Notes under the pieces: model-generated
What the model was told of the DNA's origin: nothing
The model's input: the letters and a program-made list of their open reading frames with translations, nothing else
The model's database searches: none
Position numbers and translations under genes: made by a program
Shown: positions 21,307-30,756 of the stretch, piece by piece
How the letters are laid out: the number at the start of each line of letters is the position of its first letter
Numbering within the stretch: position 1 is the first letter of the stretch
Source: Bacillus subtilis subsp. subtilis str. 168
Lineage (GTDB): Bacteria > Bacillota > Bacilli > Bacillales > Bacillaceae
Length of the DNA: 32,000 nucleotides
Reading direction: 5' to 3'
NCBI RefSeq assembly: GCF_000009045.1
Contig: NC_000964.3
Span: 2,820,001 to 2,852,000 of the forward strand

Positions 21307-21447
21307 ATGAATAAGATGAACGGAACAAATGATGAAAAGCATTTCAATCATTTTGTGATTGCTTTATCCTTTATATACGGTTTGACTGAACTAGGCTATT
21401 TGTTGCTGAAGGATTTTATAACAATTGCCATAAGTTTGCCTCTGTAG
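21307..21447 (+). CDS. Small 46-aa single-TM protein MNKMNGTNDEKHFNHFVIALSFIYGLTELGYLLLKDFITIAISLPL
   Basis: SD gtgaggtgatgaaacATG; begins 7 nt after the preceding stop; followed by a terminator. Confidence 0.55.
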   Translation: MNKMNGTNDEKHFNHFVIALSFIYGLTELGYLLLKDFITIAISLPL

Positions 21448-21482
21448 AAAAACGCAGCGTAGTCGATACGCCGCGTTTTTTC
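21447..21482 (+). terminator. Rho-independent terminator after the 46-aa ORF
   Basis: aaaaacgcagcgta-gtcga-tacgccgcgttttt. Confidence 0.75.
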
Positions 21483-21610
21483 TTTTTCCCTTCCTCTTCT
21501 TATTGATAATTACAGGTCATATAATGTGACAAATCGATTGTAGAAATAGTTCGATTAGACCAAAATCCTTTTTATACATGTATTCGAATTTGAAGTGAGG
21601 GGGAAGCTTG

Positions 21611-23065
21611 ATGGCAGATTTTGTTGCTAGTTTGAATGCGGTCTTATGGAGTACGCCCGTCATTTATATTTTATTGGGAATTGGATTCGCCTTTTCAATT
21701 ATGACCCGTTTTTTACAAGTCCGACATTTAAAAGAAATGATTGTTCAGATGTTCAAAGGCAAGAGCTCTGAAGCCGGCGTTTCATCTTTCCAAGCGTTAT
21801 CGATTGCGCTGTCCGGCCGTGTGGGCACAGGAAACATCGCGGGAGTGGCGACAGCAATTGCATTCGGCGGACCCGGTGCAGTGTTCTGGATGTGGGCGAT
21901 TGCCTTTATCGGGGCGGCGAGTGCCTTTGTAGAATCAACGCTTGCTCAAATTTACAAAGTGAAACAAGACGGTCAATATCGGGGCGGCCCTGCTTATTAT
22001 ATAGAAAAAGGCTTAGGCATTAAGTGGTTTGCCGTCTTATTTGCCGCTGCTGCCCTTATTGCAATGGCCTTTCTAATGCCGGGCGTACAGTCCAACTCCA
22101 TTGCGGCTGGGATCCAAAATGCATTCGGCATCTCTCCTTTCGTCACAGGGTGCGGTCTGGTTTTATTATTAGGGTTCATTATTTTTGGCGGCGTCAAACG
22201 AATTGCCAATGCGGCGCAAATGATTGTTCCATTTATGGCCATTGGATATATCCTGCTGTCTTTGATTATTATTGTCATGAATGTGTCTGAATTGCCTGCT
22301 GTGATCTCATTAATATTCAAAAGCGCCTTCGCATTGGATTCCGCTTTTGGCGGCTTGATCGGTATGGCGATTTCCTGGGGCGTTAAACGTGGCATTTACT
22401 CAAACGAAGCCGGCCAGGGAACAGGCCCGCATCCGGCAGCTGCTGCAGAGGTTTCTCATCCGGTCAAGCAGGGACTGGTTCAGGCATTTTCTGTTTATAT
22501 TGACACCTTGTTTGTATGTTCCGCTACAGCTTTCATGATCTTGTTTACCGGCATGTACAATACCCAGGCTGCAGATGGTTCCTTTATCGTTCACCAGCTT
22601 AAAGGCGTAGAAGCAGGACCTGGTTTCACACAAGCGGCAATTGACAGTGTTCTTCCCGGATTCGGTGCAGGCTTTGTTGCCATCGCTTTATTCTTCTTCG
22701 CTTTTACAACAATTATGGCGTATTACTACATCGCAGAAACAAATATCGCCTATTTAGCACGAGGCAGAGAAAGCAAATGGGCGATGCTTGGCTTAAAACT
22801 GATTATTTTAGCCGCCACGTTCTATGGTACTGTGAAAACAGCTTCACTTGCTTGGGCATTAGGGGATGCAGGGCTTGGCATTATGGTATGGCTGAACGTC
22901 ATTGCCATTGTGCTGCTTGCCAAGCCGGCGCTCCTTGCTTTAAAGGATTATGAGCGCCAAAAGAAGCAGGGCTTAGACCCGATCTTTGATCCAAAAGCGC
23001 TGGGTATCAAAAACGCTGATTTCTGGGAGAAAGAATACACTCATGAAAGTGAACGTGTCTCCTGA
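21611..23065 (+). CDS. alrT: AGCS-family alanine/sodium symporter (AlrT/YrbD)
   Basis: 484 aa; IALSGRVGTGNIAGVATAIAFGGPGAVFWMW and GQGTGPHPAAAAEVSHP are AGCS signatures. SD gagggggaagcttg upstream. Confidence 0.92.
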   Translation: MADFVASLNAVLWSTPVIYILLGIGFAFSIMTRFLQVRHLKEMIVQMFKGKSSEAGVSSFQALSIALSGRVGTGNIAGVATAIAFGGPGAVFWMWAIAFIGAASAFVESTLAQIYKVKQDGQYRGGPAYYIEKGLGIKWFAVLFAAAALIAMAFLMPGVQSNSIAAGIQNAFGISPFVTGCGLVLLLGFIIFGGVKRIANAAQMIVPFMAIGYILLSLIIIVMNVSELPAVISLIFKSAFALDSAFGGLIGMAISWGVKRGIYSNEAGQGTGPHPAAAAEVSHPVKQGLVQAFSVYIDTLFVCSATAFMILFTGMYNTQAADGSFIVHQLKGVEAGPGFTQAAIDSVLPGFGAGFVAIALFFFAFTTIMAYYYIAETNIAYLARGRESKWAMLGLKLIILAATFYGTVKTASLAWALGDAGLGIMVWLNVIAIVLLAKPALLALKDYERQKKQGLDPIFDPKALGIKNADFWEKEYTHESERVS

Positions 23066-23072
23066 ACATACT

Positions 23073-23108
23073 AAAACCGGCCCGATATGACCTCGTGCCG
23101 GTTTTTTA
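23073..23108. terminator. Bidirectional terminator between alrT and yebC
   Basis: taaaaccggc...gccggtttttta. Confidence 0.7.
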
Positions 23109-23828
23109 TGAACGATAGTTTGTATACACTTCTTGAACATCATCGTCATCTTCAAGGACGTCTATTAATGTTTCCAGCTTCTCAACAGCCTGATCATCGG
23201 CTTCTGCATAGGTATTGGGAAGCATGGTCACCTCCGCCGAAGAAATTAGATATTTCGATTCGAGGGCTGTTTTCACCTCTTCAAAATGCTCAGGCTCTGT
23301 GAAAACCTCATATAGGTCTTCTTCAATTCGCAGCTCTTCTCCTCCTGCTTCAAGCACATCAAGCATGAGCTCATCTTCTTCTATTTGCCGTTCAGTACGG
23401 TCTATCGTAATGAACCCCTTTCGTTCAAATAAAAAGGCTACACATCCGCTTTCTCCCAGACTTCCGCCATTTTTATTAAAGGCTGTCCGCACATTTGACG
23501 CCGTTCGGTTTTTATTATCTGTTACGCATTCAACCATGACGGCAATCCCTGAAGGGCCGTAGCCTTCATAGGTGATTTCTTCATAGCTGCTTCCGTCTTG
23601 GCCTCCCGCAGCTTTTTTAATGGCCCGATCTATATTTTCATTCGGCATATTGGCGCCTTTTGCTTTTTCGATGACAAGACGCAATGCTGAATTTGCTTCT
23701 GGATCCGCTCCGCCTTCTTTCGCTGCCACATAGATTTCTTTTGCCAGCTTCATAAATATTTTCCCGCGCTTTGCATCCTGTGCATTTTTTCTTTTTTGAA
23801 TGTTTTTCCACTTGGAATGGCCTGCCAT
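23106..23828 (-). CDS. yrbC: YebC/PmpR-family protein (YrbC)
   Basis: MAGHSKWKNIQKRKNAQDAKRGKIFMKLAKEIYVAAKEGG... ATG at 23828, 240 aa. Confidence 0.95.
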   Translation of the reverse strand: MAGHSKWKNIQKRKNAQDAKRGKIFMKLAKEIYVAAKEGGADPEANSALRLVIEKAKGANMPNENIDRAIKKAAGGQDGSSYEEITYEGYGPSGIAVMVECVTDNKNRTASNVRTAFNKNGGSLGESGCVAFLFERKGFITIDRTERQIEEDELMLDVLEAGGEELRIEEDLYEVFTEPEHFEEVKTALESKYLISSAEVTMLPNTYAEADDQAVEKLETLIDVLEDDDDVQEVYTNYRS

Positions 23829-23890
23829 GTTTTCACCTTCTTTTACATTTTCTATGTACACTTTAATGGGAAATGTTCGCTGATGCAAAG

Positions 23891-23927
23891 AAAAAGGCTG
23901 CCGAATATCACTTCCGGCAGCCCTTCC
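23891..23927 (-). terminator. Rho-independent terminator of coxA
   Basis: GGCTGCCG (23896-23903) / CGGCAGCC (23915-23922); T tract on the minus strand. Confidence 0.8.
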
Positions 23928-23930
23928 TTC

Positions 23931-24527
23931 CTAGCGGTTGTTCATTTTATGAAGTTTTCTGAACAGCCCTTTATCTGTTGATACTTGGACGTCACGGCCA
24001 TTTGCATAGTTGCGCGCTGCTTTTACAACATTATCTCTGTCAGACTTTGTGAACTCTCTGTGGCTTTTGACTGCGATAACTACTCGGTCATCCGATACCA
24101 TAACTTGTGTGTCATTGACGTTTTTCACTTGTTTCACACGGTTGGCAATTTTTGCAGCCAGTCTTCTGTTTTCTTGGTTGTCATACCCGTTGTTCGCTGC
24201 ATTCCGATTCATGTTTCGGTTATTCGTGTTGTTATATGTTCCGTCAGTTGCCAAAGGAACACGATCGTCAGCAGTAACACGGTCACGGTTATTTACATTC
24301 GTGGTGTTTCGGTTACCGTCGTTCTGATCCTCCATTAATTCAGAAACAGGACCATCGTGGTCGATTCCGTCTCCCTGTCTATCGGCGTCATTTTCATTTG
24401 TATAATATCCGATTGGACGGGTATTGCCGTTATTGCGCGTATCATTCATAGCATTATCGTTTGCTCCGCATGCTGTTAAGCCGGCTGTCATTAGAATCAG
24501 GCTAGCGATCGTCATTTTTTTACCCAA
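23931..24527 (-). CDS. coxA: Spore cortex lipoprotein CoxA (YhcN/YlaJ family)
   Basis: 198 aa with lipobox (LILMTAGLTACG), Asn/Asp-rich linker, and a YhcN-type C-terminal domain. TTG start with a G-run SD. Confidence 0.88.
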   Translation of the reverse strand: MGKKMTIASLILMTAGLTACGANDNAMNDTRNNGNTRPIGYYTNENDADRQGDGIDHDGPVSELMEDQNDGNRNTTNVNNRDRVTADDRVPLATDGTYNNTNNRNMNRNAANNGYDNQENRRLAAKIANRVKQVKNVNDTQVMVSDDRVVIAVKSHREFTKSDRDNVVKAARNYANGRDVQVSTDKGLFRKLHKMNNR

Positions 24528-24641
24528 TGGAAAAACCCCCCGTGGACGAATTGAGCATGTTTGCTCGCTTTTATCATGTGCGTATGGGGGGCATGTTAAG
24601 CGTGTCAGTTCTCTCCATTTGGCAGTGATCTGCTTGAAAAC

Positions 24642-24668
24642 AAAAAAAGGAACGATTTACATCGTTCC
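24642..24668 (-). terminator. Rho-independent terminator of safA
   Basis: Minus strand GGAACGAT-gtaa-ATCGTTCCTTTTTTT. Confidence 0.85.
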
Positions 24669-24674
24669 GAACGA

Positions 24675-25838
24675 TCACTCATTTTCTTCTTCCGGACGGC
24701 CAAACATTTGGTTTACAGAAGGCTGGTTCGTCATTGGCATAGAAACTCCTGCCGAATATGGGTTTGGATTTGGGTTAGCTGTGCCATATGGCATATTAGG
24801 GCTTCCATAAGCTCCCATTCCCGAATGGCCAGGTGCAGAGAAATATGGCTGATGATCACCGTCACAGCCGCAGTCGTCATGATCTTTGTATGGCATGTAA
24901 CCATGAGCCGCAGCAGGCTGGTATGCTCCCATTACTTGGGGAGTGCCGTAATAAGGGCCATACGGCATATGTCCATACGGAGATCCATAAGCCGGAGATG
25001 CGTATTGCGGCGCACCGTATGAACCGTAATGTCCGTGATGGCTGTTTTCATGATGCTGGTTTTCATAACCCGGGTCATACTGAGGCGATACAAAGCCTGG
25101 CTGGTATCCATGCATCGGATGCATTGGATAAGCTTGTGCCGGATAGTACGGATAGCATAATCCTGATCCTGGAAGAATTGGCGAAACAGGCACCGGACAC
25201 GGTACGAAATGAGCCGGATAATGATAATAAGGCTGAACAGCCGGCATCGGCATATTCGGAACTGTGTGATGAACGTTTTCCTCTTCTATACCGCCTACCT
25301 CTGGCGCCTTTGGCATATTAGGCATATTCGGATAATTTGCATTTTCCATATTACTCATAGCCTCCTGTTGTGGAAATTGGTCTTGCATATGATACATATG
25401 ATCCATATTTCCGTCATGATGTTTTTTCGGCTCCTCCGGTTTAGGAGGCGACCAAGGCTGGAAAAGCTGTTTCATATCATAATAATCGTTCACATCAGCT
25501 TCAGGGTACACATTTTCCTGCAAATTAGGCATCGGCGGGACATACGGCATGGACTTCTTTTCTTTCGGCTTTGTGTCTTCTACATCGACAACGGATTTAG
25601 GCTTCTCTTTCGCATATGGATGTTCTTGCTTCACACTCCCGGCCGCAGGACTTTTGCCCGCTTTTGGCTCTTTTCTGACCGGGACTCCTTCTGACGGCAC
25701 TTTTATTTTCATTCCAGGCATGATTAAGTCTGGATTGCTAAGCTGTGTATTGAGTTTTTTCACTTCCTCAACATCGACTCCGTACTTTTCAGCTATTTTC
25801 CAGAGCGAATCGCCTTTTTGAACGATATGGATTTTCAA
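24675..25838 (-). CDS. safA: Spore coat assembly morphogenetic protein SafA (N-terminal LysM)
   Basis: 387 aa; LysM MKIHIVQKGDSLWKIAEKYGVDVEEVKKLNTQLSNPDLIMPGMKIKVP, then a Pro/His/Tyr/Met/Gly-rich low-complexity region. Confidence 0.96.
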   Translation of the reverse strand: MKIHIVQKGDSLWKIAEKYGVDVEEVKKLNTQLSNPDLIMPGMKIKVPSEGVPVRKEPKAGKSPAAGSVKQEHPYAKEKPKSVVDVEDTKPKEKKSMPYVPPMPNLQENVYPEADVNDYYDMKQLFQPWSPPKPEEPKKHHDGNMDHMYHMQDQFPQQEAMSNMENANYPNMPNMPKAPEVGGIEEENVHHTVPNMPMPAVQPYYHYPAHFVPCPVPVSPILPGSGLCYPYYPAQAYPMHPMHGYQPGFVSPQYDPGYENQHHENSHHGHYGSYGAPQYASPAYGSPYGHMPYGPYYGTPQVMGAYQPAAAHGYMPYKDHDDCGCDGDHQPYFSAPGHSGMGAYGSPNMPYGTANPNPNPYSAGVSMPMTNQPSVNQMFGRPEEENE

Positions 25839-25954
25839 CGTTTTCCCCTCCTATGCAAAACGTGAACAGTTCAGCTGTGATTACAATATGTTTCTTCACA
25901 ACATATGCCTGAACAAAAGAAGTTATGAGTAAAGGAAGGGAAAATATTTCTGAT

Positions 25955-27061
25955 CTACGTGATCGAAAGCATTCGATTCAGGGCAAGGAGTGCATCTTCC
26001 TGAATGGCTTTTGGCACCTTGATGACGCCTGAAGGTTCTCCTTTTTCAATTTGTTCCAGCGACCACAACAAATGCGGCAAATCAATTCGGTTCATTGTCA
26101 GGCAAGGGCACATGTCAGGGTTGAGTGATTCGATTTGTTTATCTGGATGCTCGTGAATGATCCGCTGAACAAGATTCATTTCTGTCCCGATTGCCCACTT
26201 GCTTCCCGCCGGAGCCTGGTTGATTGTGTCGATAATATATTTCGTTGATCCGTTATCATCGCTTAGTGTCACGACTTCGTGTGAACATTCCGGGTGCACA
26301 ATGATCTGAATGTCGGGGTCTCGCTCTCTCATATCATGGATATTTTTAGTGGTGAATTTCTCGTGAACAGAGCAATGCCCTTTCCACAAAATCACTTTCA
26401 CATTCGTATGCCCGGATTCAGCTACTAATTCATCTTTCATCGGATCCCACACAGCCATATCTTCAAGCGCAATGCCCAGATCATAAGCCGTATTTCTCCC
26501 TAAATGCTGATCAGGCAAAAATAAAATTCTTTTTTTCTGTGTAAACGCCCATTCAAGCACTTTTTTCGCATTCGAAGAAGTTACAGTTGCTCCGCCATGC
26601 TTTCCGACGAATGCCTTGATCTCCGCAGTGGAGTTCACATAAGTTAAAGGTATGATCGTATCTCCAAATATATGCTGAAGCTTCTTCCATGCCCTATTGG
26701 TCTGCTGCATGTCAGCCATGTCAGCCATAGAACATCCAGCTCTCATATCTGGCAGGACGACCGTTTGCTGCTCGCTTGTCAGCATATCGGCGGTTTCTGC
26801 CATAAAGTGAACGCCGCAAAATACGATATAATCCGCTTCTTTGTTTTTTTCCGCTACTTGGGCCAATTGCAGGGAGTCGCCTGTTTGGTCAGCAAATTGT
26901 ATCACTTCATCCTTTTGATAATGATGGCCTGGTATAAAGAGCCTGCTGCCGAACTTTTTCTTAATGGCGGCAACGCGCGTTTCCATATCCTTTCTCGATA
27001 GTTCTTTATAACTTTCGGGCATCATATCATTCGATTGTTTGATCACATCAAGAATTGACAT
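25955..27061 (-). CDS. nadA: Quinolinate synthase A (4Fe-4S)
   Basis: [58 protein letters not shown]..., [29 protein letters not shown]. Confidence 0.97.
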   Translation of the reverse strand: MSILDVIKQSNDMMPESYKELSRKDMETRVAAIKKKFGSRLFIPGHHYQKDEVIQFADQTGDSLQLAQVAEKNKEADYIVFCGVHFMAETADMLTSEQQTVVLPDMRAGCSMADMADMQQTNRAWKKLQHIFGDTIIPLTYVNSTAEIKAFVGKHGGATVTSSNAKKVLEWAFTQKKRILFLPDQHLGRNTAYDLGIALEDMAVWDPMKDELVAESGHTNVKVILWKGHCSVHEKFTTKNIHDMRERDPDIQIIVHPECSHEVVTLSDDNGSTKYIIDTINQAPAGSKWAIGTEMNLVQRIIHEHPDKQIESLNPDMCPCLTMNRIDLPHLLWSLEQIEKGEPSGVIKVPKAIQEDALLALNRMLSIT

Positions 27062-27917
27062 AACAGCATTCCTCCACAGATTCATTTGATAACGTAACAT
27101 CCATGCTGATATCTAAACTTTTGACGGAATGAGTCAGAAATCCTAATGAAATATAATTCACACCCGTCCCTTTAAAAGCAGGCAAAGATTCTAACGTAAT
27201 CCCGCCAGAGGCTTCAGTTTTTATATTAGCCGGTGTGAGCTTTGCAAAATGACGGACCGTATCAGGCGGACAGTTGTCAAACATAATAACATCCGCTCCA
27301 GCTGCAATTGCTTCCCGCAGCTGTTCCTCCGTTTCAATTTCCACCTCGATATTTACCATGTGCCCTGCGGCCTGACGGGCTTTTTTGCACGCCTCTAAAA
27401 TAGAGCCGCATGCTGCGATATGATTATCTTTAATCATGATGCCGTCATACAAACCGAATCGATGATTATACCCGCCGCCGGCTCTGACAGCATATTTCTC
27501 CAGCATTCTGAGCCCCGGTGTTGTTTTTCTCGTGTCACAAATTTTAATCTGTTCATCATCCAGACACCGAACAGCCTCTCTTGTCATTGTCGCAATTCCT
27601 GACAGCCTCTGAATAAGATTTAATACGACCCGCTCTCCTGAAAGGAGCGCAGCTGCGGGACCGTGTAACTCGGCAATCACTTCACCTTTATGCAACATGT
27701 CCCCATCTTTTTTGTGTAAAATGCTTTGAACATTTTCGTCCAATAACGAAAAGCCTTCTTTTATGATCGCTGCTCCTGCAAAAATACCCTCTGACTTTGC
27801 AACAATCTCCGCTTCACAGCTCTGTTCTCCAAAAATAGACTGCGATGTAAGATCCCCTGTCCCAATATCCTCAAGAAAAAAGTGATTCAGTAATTTTTTC
27901 AGCTGTAAATGATTCAT
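27048..27917 (-). CDS. nadC: Nicotinate-nucleotide pyrophosphorylase (carboxylating)
   Basis: 289 aa; [29 protein letters not shown]..., [28 protein letters not shown]. Confidence 0.97.
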   Translation of the reverse strand: MNHLQLKKLLNHFFLEDIGTGDLTSQSIFGEQSCEAEIVAKSEGIFAGAAIIKEGFSLLDENVQSILHKKDGDMLHKGEVIAELHGPAAALLSGERVVLNLIQRLSGIATMTREAVRCLDDEQIKICDTRKTTPGLRMLEKYAVRAGGGYNHRFGLYDGIMIKDNHIAACGSILEACKKARQAAGHMVNIEVEIETEEQLREAIAAGADVIMFDNCPPDTVRHFAKLTPANIKTEASGGITLESLPAFKGTGVNYISLGFLTHSVKSLDISMDVTLSNESVEECCYVNS

Positions 27918-29466
27918 TGTTCCAAATCCCCTCGTTTTTTCTGATCTTCGTTCCTTTTTTTGTATGGACAATTTGTCTTCCTTGCCAGCTCACCTCAGCA
28001 TGAGGAAAATCGGTGCGGAAGTGAGCCCCTCTGCTTTCCTCCCGCAAAAGCGCAGAAAACGTCATCAGCTTTGCAGTTTGCCATAGATGAGAAAGTTCCA
28101 TCTGCCGAATTGTGATATCCTTCACATTTACTTCCTGAAAAGGCAGCGTATGAAGCCAGATGCTAAGCTCAATCAAACTGCTTTGTTCCCGCAGAATAGA
28201 CATGTGGCTTGTCATTTTGCTTTGCAGTTCATGCCCCTCTATATCCGGCACCTCGTAGAAGACACTGGTTTCTAGCCCTGATTGATATTGCCTGTTATAA
28301 ACCGGTTTTTGGATAATATGCTCTGCTGCCCTTTTTCCAAATACCAGCGCTTCCAATAAAGAATTGCTTGCAAGCCGGTTTGCTCCATGTAAACCGGAGC
28401 ATGCTGTCTCGCCAATCGCATAAAGCCCCGGCACTGTCGTTTCTCCCCAGCGATTAACTGAAACACCTCCCATTAAGAAATGCATTCCCGGAGCAACAGG
28501 AATTTTTCCGCTGTGGATATCAATCCCTGCTTTTTCACAAATAGCGGTGATGGTAGGGAAACGCGTTTCAAAATCAGAAATCGCACTGAAGTCTATATAA
28601 ACGCGATTTCCTTTTGCCATTTCTTCGTGAATAACCCGTGAGACAATATCTCTTGGAGCCAGGTCACCTAAAGGATGCCGTTCAGCCATAATCCTGCGGC
28701 CGTTTTCGTCTACTAAACATCCGCCTTCCCCTCTGACAGCTTCTGAAACAAGCCCGTAGGAAACACCATTTTTCACAAGCAGTGTCGGGTGAAACTGAGT
28801 AAACTCCAAATCCGTTAATTCCGCCCCGGCCCGGTAAGCCAGAGAAAGACCGTCACCTGTGACAGTGAGATCATTCGTATGGTGAAGAAACAGGTTTCCA
28901 CAGCCGCCGGCAGCCAGCACAACTTCGTCTGCGTGCCTTACCTTGAGCCGCCCTTTGCTGTCTTTTGTCATGACGCCGATACATCGTCCGTCCTCTATAA
29001 GCAAATCTGCTGCCGTTTCATTCTCGATTAACTTGATTTTGCTGTTGATCCGTTTGAGCAAATAATCGATAAGCAGCCTGCCTGTTGCGTCTCCGCCTGC
29101 ATGAAATATGCGGTTGTATGAGTGGGCCCCTTCTCTTCCAAGACAAACACCGCCTCGTTCATTGCGGTCGAATGGAAATCCACGCTCCAATAGGCTTTGA
29201 ACCATCATTTTTCCATCATGTAATACGTCTGCTACAATAGCTAGATTATTATGGCCGCACCCTGCGTATAACGTATCCTCCAGATGGGCTTCAATCGAGT
29301 CATCTTTTGCATAGGCCGCAGCAATCCCGCCTTGTGCATAGACAGAATTGCTGTTTTTGACGCTTTTTTTTGTGATAACAGTCACTTCGTATGAGGGCGG
29401 GAAAGCTGCAGCTAAGGAAAGTGCCGCCGCCCCTGAACCGATGACTGCAATCGTCTTTTTAGACAT
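27871..29466 (-). CDS. nadB: L-aspartate oxidase
   Basis: 531 aa FAD-binding (IGSGAAALSLA), GCGHNNLAIV, HLMGG..MGGVSV-type motifs, GLHGANRLASNSLLEALVFG. SD AGGAGG. Confidence 0.97.
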   Translation of the reverse strand: MSKKTIAVIGSGAAALSLAAAFPPSYEVTVITKKSVKNSNSVYAQGGIAAAYAKDDSIEAHLEDTLYAGCGHNNLAIVADVLHDGKMMVQSLLERGFPFDRNERGGVCLGREGAHSYNRIFHAGGDATGRLLIDYLLKRINSKIKLIENETAADLLIEDGRCIGVMTKDSKGRLKVRHADEVVLAAGGCGNLFLHHTNDLTVTGDGLSLAYRAGAELTDLEFTQFHPTLLVKNGVSYGLVSEAVRGEGGCLVDENGRRIMAERHPLGDLAPRDIVSRVIHEEMAKGNRVYIDFSAISDFETRFPTITAICEKAGIDIHSGKIPVAPGMHFLMGGVSVNRWGETTVPGLYAIGETACSGLHGANRLASNSLLEALVFGKRAAEHIIQKPVYNRQYQSGLETSVFYEVPDIEGHELQSKMTSHMSILREQSSLIELSIWLHTLPFQEVNVKDITIRQMELSHLWQTAKLMTFSALLREESRGAHFRTDFPHAEVSWQGRQIVHTKKGTKIRKNEGIWNNESFTAEKITESLFS

Positions 29467-29483
29467 ATGCCATCCTCCTGTTG

Positions 29484-29525
29484 TTTACACCTGTCTTGAC
29501 ACCTATATTTACACAAGGATAAAAT
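29484..29525. promoter_or_regulatory. Divergent nadB/nifS promoter-operator region (probable NiaR/YrxA operator)
   Basis: TTTACAC 29484, TTGACAC 29496, TTTACAC 29508 (exact 12-bp phasing). TTGACA-N18-TAAAAT for nifS. Minus strand TTGAGT-N16-TAAATA toward nadB. Confidence 0.65.
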
Positions 29526-29568
29526 AAACTCAAGAGTTTTTTATGGAGAACGGATGGAGGAAGACCGG

Positions 29569-30756
29569 ATGATTTATTTAGATTATGCAGCGACAACGCC
29601 TATTTGTGAGGAAGCCCTTACTGTATATCAGAAGCTTAGTATGGATATGTACGGAAATGCCAGCAGCCTGCATGATGCAGGAGGAAAAGCAAAGCACATA
29701 CTGGAGTACTGCCGTGAAAAAATCGCCAACATCATTGGCGGAGAAGCAAGCGGCATCTATTTTACAAGCGGCGGCACTGAATCCAATTTTCTGGCCATTC
29801 AATCATTGTTAAACGGCCTGCCAAAAACGAAAAGACATTTTATTACGACTGCCATGGAGCATCAGTCCATTCATAATTGCGCTGCTTTTTTGGAACAGCA
29901 GGGATATGATGTAACAGTCATTGAACCGAATGAATACGGGCTTATTACCGAGGAAATATTACTAACCCATATCCGGCCGGAAACAGGCCTTGTATCTATT
30001 CAGCATGCAAATTCTGAAACCGGGATCATTCAGCCCATTCAACACCTGTCTTCATACCTGCACAATAAGGGGATTCTTCTTCATTGCGACGCTGTTCAAA
30101 CGTTTGGAAAGATCCCGATCAATACAAAAAATCTGGGAGTAGATGCACTCTCAATGTCCAGCCATAAAATCCACGGTCCTAAAGGAGTAGGGGCGGTCTA
30201 TATCCGGCCGGATGTCCCTTGGAAACCCGTTTATCCTCTGACTACTCACGAATACGGATTCAGAGCCGGCACCGTAAATGTTCCCGGGATCGGTGCCTTC
30301 ACTGCCGCTGCAGAATTGATCGTAAGCGAAATGGAAAAACAGATATCCCGCAATGAGGCATTAAGAACATACTTTCTAGACCAAATCCGTATTCGGTCTC
30401 TCCCTGTAACCCTTGCAGCAGACACTTCGAAAGCAGAATGTCTTCCGCATATTATAGGGTGTTTTTTTCACTCATTTGAAGGACAATATGTTATGTTAGA
30501 ATGTAATCGGAGTAATATTTGCATTTCAACCGGCAGCGCTTGTTCTGCAGGTTACCACGGTCCGTCTGAAACAATGAAAGCATTAAGAAAAACCGAACAA
30601 GAAGCTCTGCAATTTATCCGCATCTCTTTTGGCAGGCATACAACAGCTGAACAGCTGGAACAGTTATTACATACGTTTACAGTGCTTTGGGAACAAAAGA
30701 AAGGAGAATTTGATATTGACCGAAGAATTAAAGCTAATGGGCGCCAACAGGCGTGA
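29569..30756 (+). CDS. nifS: Cysteine desulfurase NifS-like (NadS) associated with NAD biosynthesis
   Basis: MIYLDYAATTPICEEALTVYQKLSMDMYGNASSLHDAG..., SAHKIHGPKGVG-type PLP lysine motif. SD ggaggaag. Confidence 0.94.
   Translation: MIYLDYAATTPICEEALTVYQKLSMDMYGNASSLHDAGGKAKHILEYCREKIANIIGGEASGIYFTSGGTESNFLAIQSLLNGLPKTKRHFITTAMEHQSIHNCAAFLEQQGYDVTVIEPNEYGLITEEILLTHIRPETGLVSIQHANSETGIIQPIQHLSSYLHNKGILLHCDAVQTFGKIPINTKNLGVDALSMSSHKIHGPKGVGAVYIRPDVPWKPVYPLTTHEYGFRAGTVNVPGIGAFTAAAELIVSEMEKQISRNEALRTYFLDQIRIRSLPVTLAADTSKAECLPHIIGCFFHSFEGQYVMLECNRSNICISTGSACSAGYHGPSETMKALRKTEQEALQFIRISFGRHTTAEQLEQLLHTFTVLWEQKKGEFDIDRRIKANGRQQA

Noticed and set aside
24675-25600. Repetitive MPNMP / GYGSP / YPY tracts in safA considered as tandem DNA repeats
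   Set aside because: The repetition is protein-level low complexity with irregular units, already explained by the spore-coat protein, and not a CRISPR or satellite array.
24010-25821. Plus-strand ORFs antisense to coxA and safA (e.g. 24424..24810, 24833..25321, 25209..25694)
   Set aside because: These are shadow ORFs produced by the low-complexity His/Pro/Tyr codons of SafA and Asn/Asp codons of CoxA. There is no independent support.
27048-27917. Gene overlaps nadB/nadC (47 nt) and nadC/nadA (14 nt) considered as anomalies
   Set aside because: Overlaps of this kind are common in tightly coupled Bacillus operons and the encoded termini look normal.
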